From the NCBI GenBank assembly GCA_963667195.1, contig OY762962.1, forward strand, positions 1,370,591 to 1,434,590: DNA of 64,000 nt. Reading direction: 5' to 3'. Every line of letters begins with the position of its first letter. Within the stretch, counting starts at the first letter, position 1. Below are positions 19,893 through 28,280 of the stretch, in pieces. The DNA is from Christensenellaceae bacterium (GTDB lineage Bacteria > Bacillota > Clostridia > Christensenellales > CAG-138). The position numbers were made by a program, and so were the translations under genes. The notes under the pieces were generated by a model. It had not been told where the DNA came from. It ran no database searches and was given only the letters and a program-made list of their open reading frames with translations.

Positions 19893-20948
19893 ATGCAGGA
19901 GAACACGACGCAGAAAACGCTTCCGCCGGACGAGACCGCGCTCTTTTGCGAGCAGGTAGCCATGGTGCTCAAGGCGGGCATTCCGCTGGGAGACGGCATG
20001 GAGACCCTTGCGCGGAGCTATGCGGGCAGCCGATATGGCGCGCGCTTTGAGAACATGCGCGAGGCGTTGGAGCGCAGGGGTACATTTTCAGAGGCGCTGG
20101 AGGAAGCGGGCATTTTCCCGAGCTACCTGCTCGCCATGACGCGCATCGGAGAACGCTCCGGCAAGCTCGACGAGGTGATGGCCTCGCTTGCGAACTATTA
20201 TCAATGGGAAGCGCAGATCAAGTCCTCGGTCAAGAGCGCAATCCTCTACCCGAGCGTACTGGTCATGATGCTTGCGGTCGTGATCGCGATCCTCGTCATC
20301 AGCGTGCTGCCGGTGTTTCAGCGTGTGTTCGATAGCCTCGGCCTCGTGGCGGGCAGCCCGGCAACGGCTGCGATGCAAATCGGCGTCGGCGTCGGAAAAG
20401 GCATGCTGATCCTCGTTGGCGTATTCGCGGTCGCGCTCGTGGTCATCGGTATCCTGCTTCGCACGAACAGACGGCTCTCGGTTCTTGCGCTGCTGGCAAA
20501 GGTGATTCCCTCCGTGCGCCGCGTCAACGCAAGGCTTTCCACCGCGCGGTATGCTTCCGCGCTGTCGATGATGCTTACCGCAGGCTATCCGGTTGAGGAG
20601 GCGATGCAGCTCGCGCCGTCGGTGGTGACGGATGAAAAGCACCGGCGTCAGGCGGAGATTGCGCGGCAGGAGCTGTTCTCCGGCGGCAGTTTTCCGCAGG
20701 CGGTGGAAAAGAGCGGCCTGTTTGATCCCATGCACGAAAAGATGATTCGCTTTGGTACAGCGGCGGGAAAACTGGACGCCGTGATGCAGAAGCTCAGCGG
20801 AATCTATATGACCGAGGCGGATGACGCGATTCACAACGTGATCGCCATGATTGAACCCGCGCTGGTTGCGGTGCTCTCCATCGTCATCGGCGGAATCCTG
20901 CTTTCCGTCATGCTGCCGCTGCTGTCCGTGCTGTCTGCGGTCGGTTGA
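19893..20948 (+). CDS. type II secretion / type IV pilus platform protein (GspF/PilC family)
   Basis: Two T2SS-F-like halves each end in G..GKLD..M..L...Y (..RIGERSGKLDEVMASLANYY and ..FGTAAGKLDAVMQKLSGIY), with three TM segments. The ATG at 19893 has a GAAAGGAAC SD. The GTG at 19866 is an alternative start. Confidence 0.85.
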   Translation: MQENTTQKTLPPDETALFCEQVAMVLKAGIPLGDGMETLARSYAGSRYGARFENMREALERRGTFSEALEEAGIFPSYLLAMTRIGERSGKLDEVMASLANYYQWEAQIKSSVKSAILYPSVLVMMLAVVIAILVISVLPVFQRVFDSLGLVAGSPATAAMQIGVGVGKGMLILVGVFAVALVVIGILLRTNRRLSVLALLAKVIPSVRRVNARLSTARYASALSMMLTAGYPVEEAMQLAPSVVTDEKHRRQAEIARQELFSGGSFPQAVEKSGLFDPMHEKMIRFGTAAGKLDAVMQKLSGIYMTEADDAIHNVIAMIEPALVAVLSIVIGGILLSVMLPLLSVLSAVG

Positions 20949-21077
20949 GCCCCGAGAACGAACTAAATTTTACTGAAAAAACAGTCGTTGGCAACAGAAA
21001 ACCGGCGTTTCGTGACAAGGCCGCGTCTTTTGCGGCGATCGCTTGATACACTATCGTCACCGAAAGGAGAATTCGGC

Positions 21078-21407
21078 ATGCATCTCTACGAGAAACCGCG
21101 CGGGCTCAACTGTGGGCTGATTTTCGCGATTGTCGTGTTTGCGCTGCTTGTCGCGTTCTTCCTGCTATCGCTGTTCTCTACTGCCGGGCGCAACGACGCA
21201 CGCGAAACCGAGATGGTAACCTCCGCATTACAGCGCGCGATCGTCACTTGCTATGCGGTGGAAGGCAAGTATCCGCCGAATCTTTCTTATTTGTATGACA
21301 ACTACGGCGTTCGCGTGGACGAGAGCCGTTATGCCGTGTTCTATGATGTCATCGCGTCCAACGTGATGCCGAGCGTCGAGGTTGTACGTGTGGGAGGCGG
21401 CTCATGA
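21078..21407 (+). CDS. small membrane protein, pseudopilin-like (non-canonical leader)
   Basis: GAAAGGAGA SD before the ATG at 21078. The N-terminus MHLYEKPRG-LNCGLIFAIVVFALLVAFFLL is basic, then Gly, then a hydrophobic helix, with no Glu5. The stop overlaps the next start (ATGA). Confidence 0.6.
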   Translation: MHLYEKPRGLNCGLIFAIVVFALLVAFFLLSLFSTAGRNDARETEMVTSALQRAIVTCYAVEGKYPPNLSYLYDNYGVRVDESRYAVFYDVIASNVMPSVEVVRVGGGS

Positions 21408-21904
21408 GCGCGCGGACTTCCGCCAAACAGCGCAACGACATGCGCGGTGCGTTCATCTTCGCGCTGCTTGCCGCGTTTGCGTTACTGAGCCTGATTGTGG
21501 TCATCGTCGGTGCGCGGTCATATCGAGGCATCAATGCGATGGCGGAGCAGGCGTTTCTCTCCCGCACGGGCATGAGCTATCTCGTCGGCAAAGTGCGCGG
21601 CGCGGACGCGGCAGGCCAGATTGAGATCGTACAGGAAGGCGACTTGACCGTGCTGACCCTCGGTCAGGAGCTGGATGGCGAGAGGTATTTGACATATATC
21701 TACTGCGACGGAACAAAGGTGTGCGAGTATTTTGCGCAGGCGGACGTCGCGTTTTCGCCGGATTACGGCGAGAAGATCTTTGATGCCAGCGGGCTTATGT
21801 TCTCTTTGGAAAACGGGCTCTTGCAGATTTCGATCGTTGACGCGGGCGGCAACACGCACACGGGAGCGGTCTATCTGCGGGCGGCAAAGGAGGGCGGTGC
21901 GTAA
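21404..21904 (+). CDS. pseudopilin-like membrane protein (possibly DUF4860-like; recollection only)
   Basis: ..KQRNDMRG-AFIFALLAAFALLSLIVVIV. GGGAGG SD. Start and stop overlap both neighbours (ATGA, TAATG). Confidence 0.62.
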   Translation: MSARTSAKQRNDMRGAFIFALLAAFALLSLIVVIVGARSYRGINAMAEQAFLSRTGMSYLVGKVRGADAAGQIEIVQEGDLTVLTLGQELDGERYLTYIYCDGTKVCEYFAQADVAFSPDYGEKIFDASGLMFSLENGLLQISIVDAGGNTHTGAVYLRAAKEGGA

Positions 21905-22323
21905 TGGAACAGATGCTTCGCCCGCCGAAAAGGCGCGGGGTATTCAGCCCGATCCTGATCGAGATGACCATCGTGATCCTGTTTCTCGCGCTGTCCACCA
22001 GCGTGGTGGTTCGCTTGATTGCGGCTGCGAATATCACGGCTCAGCAGAGCGCGTATGAATCCCGCGCCATCCTCGCGATGGAGCAGGTTGCGGAGCAGGT
22101 TAAGGCGGACCCGGTTGGGGACAACACTTGCAACGCCTGCGGGGCTCGCGTCTTCTCAACCAAAATCGCGGACGACCTCACGGTAGACTGCGTGGTAACC
22201 AGCGATGATTCCCCTCTGCAAGGGACACTGTATGACATCGAGCTTACCGTCACATCCCCGGAGGGAAAGGTGTTCGCGCTGGACGCGGCGCGTTACCTGC
22301 CGGATGCGGAGGTGACGCCATGA
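21904..22323 (+). CDS. pseudopilin-like membrane protein with a displaced LIEM motif
   Basis: ..PPKRRG-VFSPILIEMTIVILFLAL. This is the only one of the four with a Glu in the helix, and it sits at +8 rather than +5 if cleavage follows Gly. AAGGAGGG SD. Confidence 0.62.
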   Translation: MEQMLRPPKRRGVFSPILIEMTIVILFLALSTSVVVRLIAAANITAQQSAYESRAILAMEQVAEQVKADPVGDNTCNACGARVFSTKIADDLTVDCVVTSDDSPLQGTLYDIELTVTSPEGKVFALDAARYLPDAEVTP

Positions 22324-22736
22324 AACCGTATTCGTCCCGAATGGGGGTTGGAGCCTCCAGCATACTATTGATTCTCGTGGTGGTGAGTTTAACGCTGTTT
22401 GCGTCGCTTGCGCTGATTCAGGCGCGATCCGACGCGGCGCTCACCCAAAAGACCGCCGTGAGCACACGCGCCTATTACGACGCGGACACCCAGGCACAGA
22501 CGATGCTCGCGGCATTGGACGACGCTCTTCAGCAAGGCAATGCCTTGAACAGCATCGAAGGTGTGACGAAACAGGCGGACGGAAGCTATGCGTTTTCGGT
22601 TGAGGCGAGTGACGGGCACGCGCTGAACGTCGTGGTCGGCGTGACCACCGGAAGATGCGAAATCCTAAGCTACCGCTATGAAAACACACAGGACTGGACA
22701 GAGCAAGGCACGGGCAAGCTCTGGCAGGGAGGTTAA
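22320..22736 (+). CDS. pseudopilin-like membrane protein (ComGG/PilX-like layout)
   Basis: MKPYSSRMGVG-ASSILLILVVVSLTLFASLAL. GGAGGTG SD. ATGA overlap with the upstream gene. Confidence 0.62.
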   Translation: MKPYSSRMGVGASSILLILVVVSLTLFASLALIQARSDAALTQKTAVSTRAYYDADTQAQTMLAALDDALQQGNALNSIEGVTKQADGSYAFSVEASDGHALNVVVGVTTGRCEILSYRYENTQDWTEQGTGKLWQGG

Positions 22737-22741
22737 CGAAG

Positions 22742-23803
22742 ATGGCAGAGATTCATGATATTTTGCAATCTGCCATCGAGCGTGGCGGATCGGATGTGTT
22801 TATCATTCCCGGCTCGTGCGTGCGGCTCAAGGTTGCGGGCGAAGTACAGCCGTTGCTCAGCACGGTGCTCAAGCCCGACGATACCAAGCGCCTGATCCGA
22901 CAGGTGTACGAGCTGGATAATCGGGACATGGATCGTCTGACCGAGCATGGCGATGACGACTTTTCGTTTTCCGTCAGCGGAGTCGGCAGGTTTCGCTGCA
23001 ACGCATATCAGCAGCGCAATTCGCTCGCCATGGTGCTTCGCGTGGTGTCGCTGGTGTTGCCGGACCCGGTGAAGATGCATATTCCTGAGGAGATTTTGCG
23101 CCTTGCAGATGTCAAAAAAGGTCTTGTGCTGGTCACGGGCCCTGCCGCAAGCGGAAAATCGACCACACTCGCGTGCCTGATCGACCGGATCAATAATAAC
23201 CGCCACGGGCACATCATCACGATTGAAGACCCGATCGAGTTTATCCACGCGCACAAGGCAAGCGTACTCAGCCAGCGTGAGGTGGAGCACGATACCAAGA
23301 GCTATCAAACCGCCCTGCGCGCGGCGCTCCGGCAGGCGCCGGACGTGATCCTGCTGGGAGAAATGCGCGATCTGGAGACGATTCAAACCGCGCTGACCGC
23401 GGCGGAAACCGGCCAGCTCGTGCTCAGCACACTGCACACCGTCGGAGCGGCAAAGACGATCGACCGCATCATCGATGTTTTTCCCGCAAACCAGCAGCAG
23501 CAGATTCGCGTGCAGCTTTCGATGGTGCTCCGCGCGGTGGTCAGCCAGCAGCTCCTGCCGACCGTGGACGGCGGCTTGGAGCCCGCGTTTGAGATCATGC
23601 TGGTCAACAGCGCGATTCAAAACATGATCCGCGAGGGCAAGGCGCACCAGATGGACAACGTCATCTTCTCCGGTTTATCCGAGGGGATGCGAACGATGGA
23701 TTCGGACATCTACCGCTTAGTTTGCGAAAAGCGCGTAACCAAAGAGACCGCGCTGCTGTTTGCGGCAAACCCTGATCAACTGCGCAAGAAACTCGGCGAA
23801 TAG
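22742..23803 (+). CDS. pilT: PilT-family type IV pilus (retraction-type) ATPase
   Basis: 353 aa. Walker A is LVLVTGPAASGKSTT. Other PilT motifs are ITIEDPIEFIH, SQREVEHDTKSY, DVILLGEMRDLET, LSTLHT, DRIIDVFP and the PilT-specific AIQNMIREGK. Confidence 0.9.
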   Translation: MAEIHDILQSAIERGGSDVFIIPGSCVRLKVAGEVQPLLSTVLKPDDTKRLIRQVYELDNRDMDRLTEHGDDDFSFSVSGVGRFRCNAYQQRNSLAMVLRVVSLVLPDPVKMHIPEEILRLADVKKGLVLVTGPAASGKSTTLACLIDRINNNRHGHIITIEDPIEFIHAHKASVLSQREVEHDTKSYQTALRAALRQAPDVILLGEMRDLETIQTALTAAETGQLVLSTLHTVGAAKTIDRIIDVFPANQQQQIRVQLSMVLRAVVSQQLLPTVDGGLEPAFEIMLVNSAIQNMIREGKAHQMDNVIFSGLSEGMRTMDSDIYRLVCEKRVTKETALLFAANPDQLRKKLGE

Positions 23804-23912
23804 CGCGCTGAAACGCAAGACAAGCTGAAATCATCACGAAAGTGTGATCGATATTTACTCCGGCGGTGCGCTCCAGCCCGCCCAACACGCCAGAACACAA
23901 GGAGGAGACGGC

Positions 23913-25160
23913 ATGCCTAACGCAAAGATTAAAATCAAGATGTTTGGCAATTTTGAGATCGTGGTCAACGGAAATGTTGCGCTCACGCAACTTCGCCAGG
24001 CAAAGAAGACCAGCCAGTTTCTCGAGTATTTGATCTTGAAGAAAGATCGCGCGGTTCCGCACGAAGAACTGCTTGAGATGCTCTGGTCGGACAAAGAAAA
24101 CCGCAATCCGGCGACCGCGTTGCGCACACTGCTGCACCGCTATCGCTCGCTTGTCGATCAAAGCGAGCTGCCGGAACTGTCGGATTCGATTTTAACCGCG
24201 CGTGGGGCATATCAATGGAATCCGAATCTGGACTGCGAAATCGACGTGTTCGAGTTTGAGCGGCTTTGTCAGGAGGCGCGCACGCCCGGCATGAGCAATC
24301 GCGAGTGCATCGAGCGCTACCTCCAGATGCTACAGATTTACACGGGCCCGCTGCTCACCAACTCCGCCGAGGAGATGTGGGTCGTGCCCAAGAGCGTGTA
24401 TTATCACGACCTCTTTTTAGAGAGCGTGTTCACGCTGCTCGACCTGCTCAAGGTGGAAGAGGAGTACGATGTCATCGTTCAGGTTTGCCGCAAGGCGATG
24501 GACGTGGATATGTTTGACGAGCGTTTGCATCTGGAGCTGATGATGGCGCTGGTCAAGACGGGCAAGAAGCGCGAAGCGCTCTCGCAGTATTATTTCGCGA
24601 CCGACCTGCACTATAAGCAGCTCGGCATCCAGCCCTCCGGCGAAATCCGCGCGGTGTACAAGCTCATCGTGCAGGCGGATCAGGAGATGGAGGCGGACAT
24701 CGAGAAGGTGCAGAACATGCTCGAGGAGGATACCGACGGGCACGGCGCTTTCGTCTGTGAATATGAGATCTTCAAGGAGATCTACCAGCTACAGCGCCGC
24801 ATGCTGGAGCGCTATAACGGAACGATGTTCCTGGCTCTGCTGACCATCAGCAACACCTATGAGCAGCGCTTTGACAACCTTGTTCTGGACAACATCATGA
24901 AGCAGCTGCTGCATGTGTCGCAGACCAACCTCCGCCGCGGAGACACGATCTCCCGCTACAGCGTGATGCAATATGTCGTACTGCTTCCATCGGTGACATA
25001 TGAGACGGGCAGGCTCGTCATGGATCGCATCAAGAAGGCGTTTTACAACGAGTACGTCAAATCCAGCGTGGTGCTGACGTATAAGCTCAGACCGCTTTGC
25101 ATCAATAAGTATGACACCAACACGCAAAAGAAGATCGCGGAGTTCAAGGAAGACGAATGA
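23913..25160 (+). CDS. SARP/BTAD-family transcriptional regulator with a C-terminal degenerate GGDEF-like domain
   Basis: AAGGAGGAG SD before the ATG at 23913. A winged-helix region (FGNFEIVVNG..FLEYLILKKDRAVPHEELLEMLW) is followed by a BTAD helical region (..LHLELMMALVKTGKKREALSQYY..LGIQPS..). The C-terminus ..LALLTISN..LRRGDTISRYSVMQYVVLLP.. has SVMQY where GGDEF would sit. Confidence 0.78.
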   Translation: MPNAKIKIKMFGNFEIVVNGNVALTQLRQAKKTSQFLEYLILKKDRAVPHEELLEMLWSDKENRNPATALRTLLHRYRSLVDQSELPELSDSILTARGAYQWNPNLDCEIDVFEFERLCQEARTPGMSNRECIERYLQMLQIYTGPLLTNSAEEMWVVPKSVYYHDLFLESVFTLLDLLKVEEEYDVIVQVCRKAMDVDMFDERLHLELMMALVKTGKKREALSQYYFATDLHYKQLGIQPSGEIRAVYKLIVQADQEMEADIEKVQNMLEEDTDGHGAFVCEYEIFKEIYQLQRRMLERYNGTMFLALLTISNTYEQRFDNLVLDNIMKQLLHVSQTNLRRGDTISRYSVMQYVVLLPSVTYETGRLVMDRIKKAFYNEYVKSSVVLTYKLRPLCINKYDTNTQKKIAEFKEDE

Positions 25161-25391
25161 CAACGAGTCTGGTTTTTTCAAAGCGGAGGATTGATTTCCT
25201 CCGCTTTTTGTAAAACAGCACAACTTCGATTCGAGGATTGCGCCGCGTGGAACCCCGCGCCGCGTTTGATTGACACTGAGGCGCTTGCATGATAAAATTT
25301 GCGCTATAAGTGGGGGTTTAGGCTTGTTTGTCCGGCACGCGGTTTCGGGCGCCGGGCCGGAGCCAAAGCGGTGGAATTGAGGGTGGCGAGG

Positions 25392-26615
25392 ATGGAAGAA
25401 CAACTGCATATTGCGTTGATTTCGACGCACTTCGCGCCGGAAGTCACGCCGATCACCCATCTGTATGCCGACCTTGCGGAGGATTTCTCCCGCTTTGGCG
25501 CACGTGTGAGCGTGGTCACGAAGCTGCCCGGACATGAACTCAGCGAGGAAGAACGGGCGGCTTTCTATCATCGCAGAGACGAGATCGCGCCCGAGGGCTA
25601 TCGCATTCAGCGCGTCGGAAAGAAAGCGCGCAGAGGCGCGAACATCGTGGAGCGCGCGCTTCGCGCCTGCCAAAACACAATTGCAATCTACCGCACGGCA
25701 AAGAAGCTCAAGGCGGATGTCTATATTCTCTCCAGCATACCGGCCTATCTCGGCCTCGTCGGTTCGCGGCTCAACCGCCGCGCGAAGACCATCTACCTCA
25801 TGCAGGAGATATTTCCGGATAATCTCGTTGCGGCGGGCACGTATACCGAATGGCACCCGTTTGTGCGGTTTTGCCGCAAATTGGAGCAGCACATCTACCG
25901 CCACAACAGCGCGTTCATCACGCTTTCGGAGGAGATGAAGCGCACGCTCATCGCCCGCGGAATCGAGCAGGAGAAGATTACGGTCATCCCGAACTGGGCG
26001 GATACGGAGACGATTCAGCCCATCCCGCGGGAGAGTAACCTCCTCTTTGACGAGCTGAACCTACCGCGCGAAGGCTTTTATGCCGTCTATGCGGGTACGC
26101 TCGGGTTCCTGCAGGAGCCGGACGTGATCCTGGACGCGGCGAAGCTATTGAAAAGCGAGAAGGACATCCGCATTCTCGTCTTTGGCGACGGCGCGCTGCG
26201 GCAGCATGTGGAAAACCGCATTGAGCGGGAGCAAATTGAAAACGTGCTGCTCTTTCCGCTGCTTACTGCGGATCGAACCGCGGAGTTGTATTCCATTGCG
26301 GATGTTGCGCTGGTGCCACTGAAAAAGGGCATGACGCGCATCGCGGTGCCGAGCGAAACGTGGCTCGCGCTCGCCGCGGGCAGGCCCGTGATCGTGTGTG
26401 CGGAGGCGGGCAGCGAATGGGCGCGCTCGATTGAGCACGAGAGCTACGGCGTTTGCATTACGCCTGGTGAGCCGCAGGAGATGGCGGACGCAATTATAAG
26501 GCTGCATGGGAGCACGGTTCCGCTGAGCGAGCTCGGCGCGCGCGCAAGAAACTACGTTTGCGAGCATGCCTCCCGCGAGCAGGCCACCCGCGCCTACTAC
26601 GACTGGATAAAGTGA
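25392..26615 (+). CDS. glycosyltransferase family 4 (WbuB-like)
   Basis: 407 aa from the ATG at 25392. The N-terminus IALISTHFAPEVTPITHLYADLAEDF and the GT-B C-terminal half (..GTLGFLQEPD..ILVFGDGALR..VALVPLKKG..SETWLALAAGRPVI) fit the family. Confidence 0.82.
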   Translation: MEEQLHIALISTHFAPEVTPITHLYADLAEDFSRFGARVSVVTKLPGHELSEEERAAFYHRRDEIAPEGYRIQRVGKKARRGANIVERALRACQNTIAIYRTAKKLKADVYILSSIPAYLGLVGSRLNRRAKTIYLMQEIFPDNLVAAGTYTEWHPFVRFCRKLEQHIYRHNSAFITLSEEMKRTLIARGIEQEKITVIPNWADTETIQPIPRESNLLFDELNLPREGFYAVYAGTLGFLQEPDVILDAAKLLKSEKDIRILVFGDGALRQHVENRIEREQIENVLLFPLLTADRTAELYSIADVALVPLKKGMTRIAVPSETWLALAAGRPVIVCAEAGSEWARSIEHESYGVCITPGEPQEMADAIIRLHGSTVPLSELGARARNYVCEHASREQATRAYYDWIK

Positions 26616-26674
26616 TTTTTTTGCACCTGCGGTGCGGGCTAAATAAAAGATAAGAATACGCTTAAAGAAGGATT

Positions 26675-27023
26675 CGTAATTATTAGATAGATTTGTTGGG
26701 CATGAACAGACAGGATTAGGACACGGGAGATTGTCATTCACCACGCGTTTCCCCGCGCGCAGCGCGGAGGGAACCGTAACCACTAGATTTGTTGGGCATG
26801 AACAGACAGGATTAGGACACGGGAGAATGTCATTCACCACGCGTTTCCCCCGCGCGCAGCGCGGAGGAACCGTAACCACTAGATTTGTTGGGCATGAACA
26901 GACAGGATTGGGACACGGGAGAATGTCATTCACCACGCGTTTCCCCGCGCGCAGCGCGGAGGAACCGTAACCACTAGATTTTGTTGGGCACGAACAGACT
27001 GGATTGGGACACGGGAGAATGTC
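26675..27023. repeat. tandem repeat of 3.5 units of 96 bp that ends inside the capF-like translation-initiation region
   Basis: Units start at 26689, 26785, 26881 (95 bp) and 26976 (partial). The consensus is AGATTTGTTGGGCATGAACAGACAGGATTAGGACACGGGAGAATGTCATTCACCACGCGTTTCCCCGCGCGCAGCGCGGAGGAACCGTAACCACT. Each unit holds the GC hairpin CCGCGC-GCA-GCGCGG. Confidence 0.92.
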
Positions 27024-27027
27024 GCGT

Positions 27028-28146
27028 ATGAAAATCCTGATCACGGCGGCCGATGGATTCATCGGGAAAAACCTGATCATAGCACTTCGCGCACGCGGGT
27101 ACCACGACCTGCTCACGTTTGACGCGGATGCAACCGTCGACCAGCTGGAGCGTTACTGTGCAGACTGCGAATTTGTCTATCACCTCGCCGCGGCAAACCG
27201 GCCCAAACAGCAGGACGAGTACCTCCACAGCGACTTCAACCTGACCGATACCCTCCTGCGCCTGCTCAACAAACACAAGAACCGCTGCCCTGTCATGTTC
27301 GCAAGCTCCACCCAGGCCGCGCTGCCAAACCTCTACGGACGCAGCAAAAAAGCCAGCGAGGAACTGCTGGATCTCTATGCACACGAAACCGGCGCAAAGG
27401 TCTACGTCTATCGCCTGCCGCATGTATTCGGCAAGTGGTCCAAGCCGAGCCAGAACGGCATGATCGCGACGTTTTGCTATAATATTTCACACGATTTACC
27501 CATCGTCATCAGCGACGAAGCGACGGTGATCAACCTCGCGTATGTCGACGACGTTGCGGAGTCGCTCTGCGACCTGATCGACGATGTCGCAACCCGTGAA
27601 GGGCCATACTGCGTGGCACCGGTGCAATACAGCGCCACGCTCGGCGATATCGCCTCCCGCATCCGCTCGTTTCGCACGATGCGGGCAAACAACACGCTGC
27701 CAAACATGAGCGAACCTCTGACGAGGAAGCTCTACGCGACGTATCTAAGCCTGCTGCCCGTGATGGACTTTGCCTATCCGCTGGAGATGCATGAGGATGA
27801 AAACGGAAGCATGACGGAGTTTCTGCGCCTCAGCACCGGCGGGCAAATCTCGGTCAACGTCTGCAAGCCCGGCGCGGTGCGCGGCGAACACTGGCACCAC
27901 ACCAAGGCGGAAAAATTCCTCGTCGTCTCCGGCACGGGTGTGATCAAGTTCCGCCGCGTGGACCTCGACGAGGTGATGGAATACCCCGTCAGCGGGAAAA
28001 AGCACGTGGTGGTCGACATTCCGGTCGGCTACGCGCACAGCATCGAGAACACCGGAAAAACGGATCTGGTGACGCTGATGTGGGCGAGTGAAAACTGCAC
28101 GGGTACCGAGAGCGACATCGTAACCCCGGAATCAGAGCAAACATAA
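27028..28146 (+). CDS. capF: CapF/FnlB-like bifunctional SDR + cupin protein (UDP-L-FucNAc-type pathway)
   Basis: MKILITAADGFIGKNLI is a Rossmann fold. The C-terminal cupin reads ..CKPGAVRGEHWHHTKAEKFLVVSGTGVIKFR.. The GGGAGA SD is 9 nt before the ATG at 27028. The ATG at 27019, which is part of the repeat, is an alternative start. Confidence 0.8.
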   Translation: MKILITAADGFIGKNLIIALRARGYHDLLTFDADATVDQLERYCADCEFVYHLAAANRPKQQDEYLHSDFNLTDTLLRLLNKHKNRCPVMFASSTQAALPNLYGRSKKASEELLDLYAHETGAKVYVYRLPHVFGKWSKPSQNGMIATFCYNISHDLPIVISDEATVINLAYVDDVAESLCDLIDDVATREGPYCVAPVQYSATLGDIASRIRSFRTMRANNTLPNMSEPLTRKLYATYLSLLPVMDFAYPLEMHEDENGSMTEFLRLSTGGQISVNVCKPGAVRGEHWHHTKAEKFLVVSGTGVIKFRRVDLDEVMEYPVSGKKHVVVDIPVGYAHSIENTGKTDLVTLMWASENCTGTESDIVTPESEQT

Positions 28147-28280
28147 CAACACGCGAAACGACCGAAAGAAACCAACAGGCGCGGAGGTGAACTCCGCGCT
28201 GTTTTCACGAAACAGATGCGGTTTTCGATCCACGCTGATGAAGAGCGCCGGCGATGACCGCGAGAGACGGAGGAATGGAT

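Noticed and set aside
26675-27023. Possible CRISPR array.
   Set aside because: The whole 96-bp unit repeats head to tail with no unique spacers, and there are no cas genes in the window.
26145-27116. A 323-aa minus-strand ORF and the 79-aa plus-strand ORF (26731-26970) across the 96-bp repeat array.
   Set aside because: Both exist only because 96 nt equals 32 codons, so their peptides simply repeat (VVNDILPCPNPVCSCPTN.. and MSFTTRFPARSAE..). The minus ORF also overlaps the GT4 3' end and the capF 5' end.
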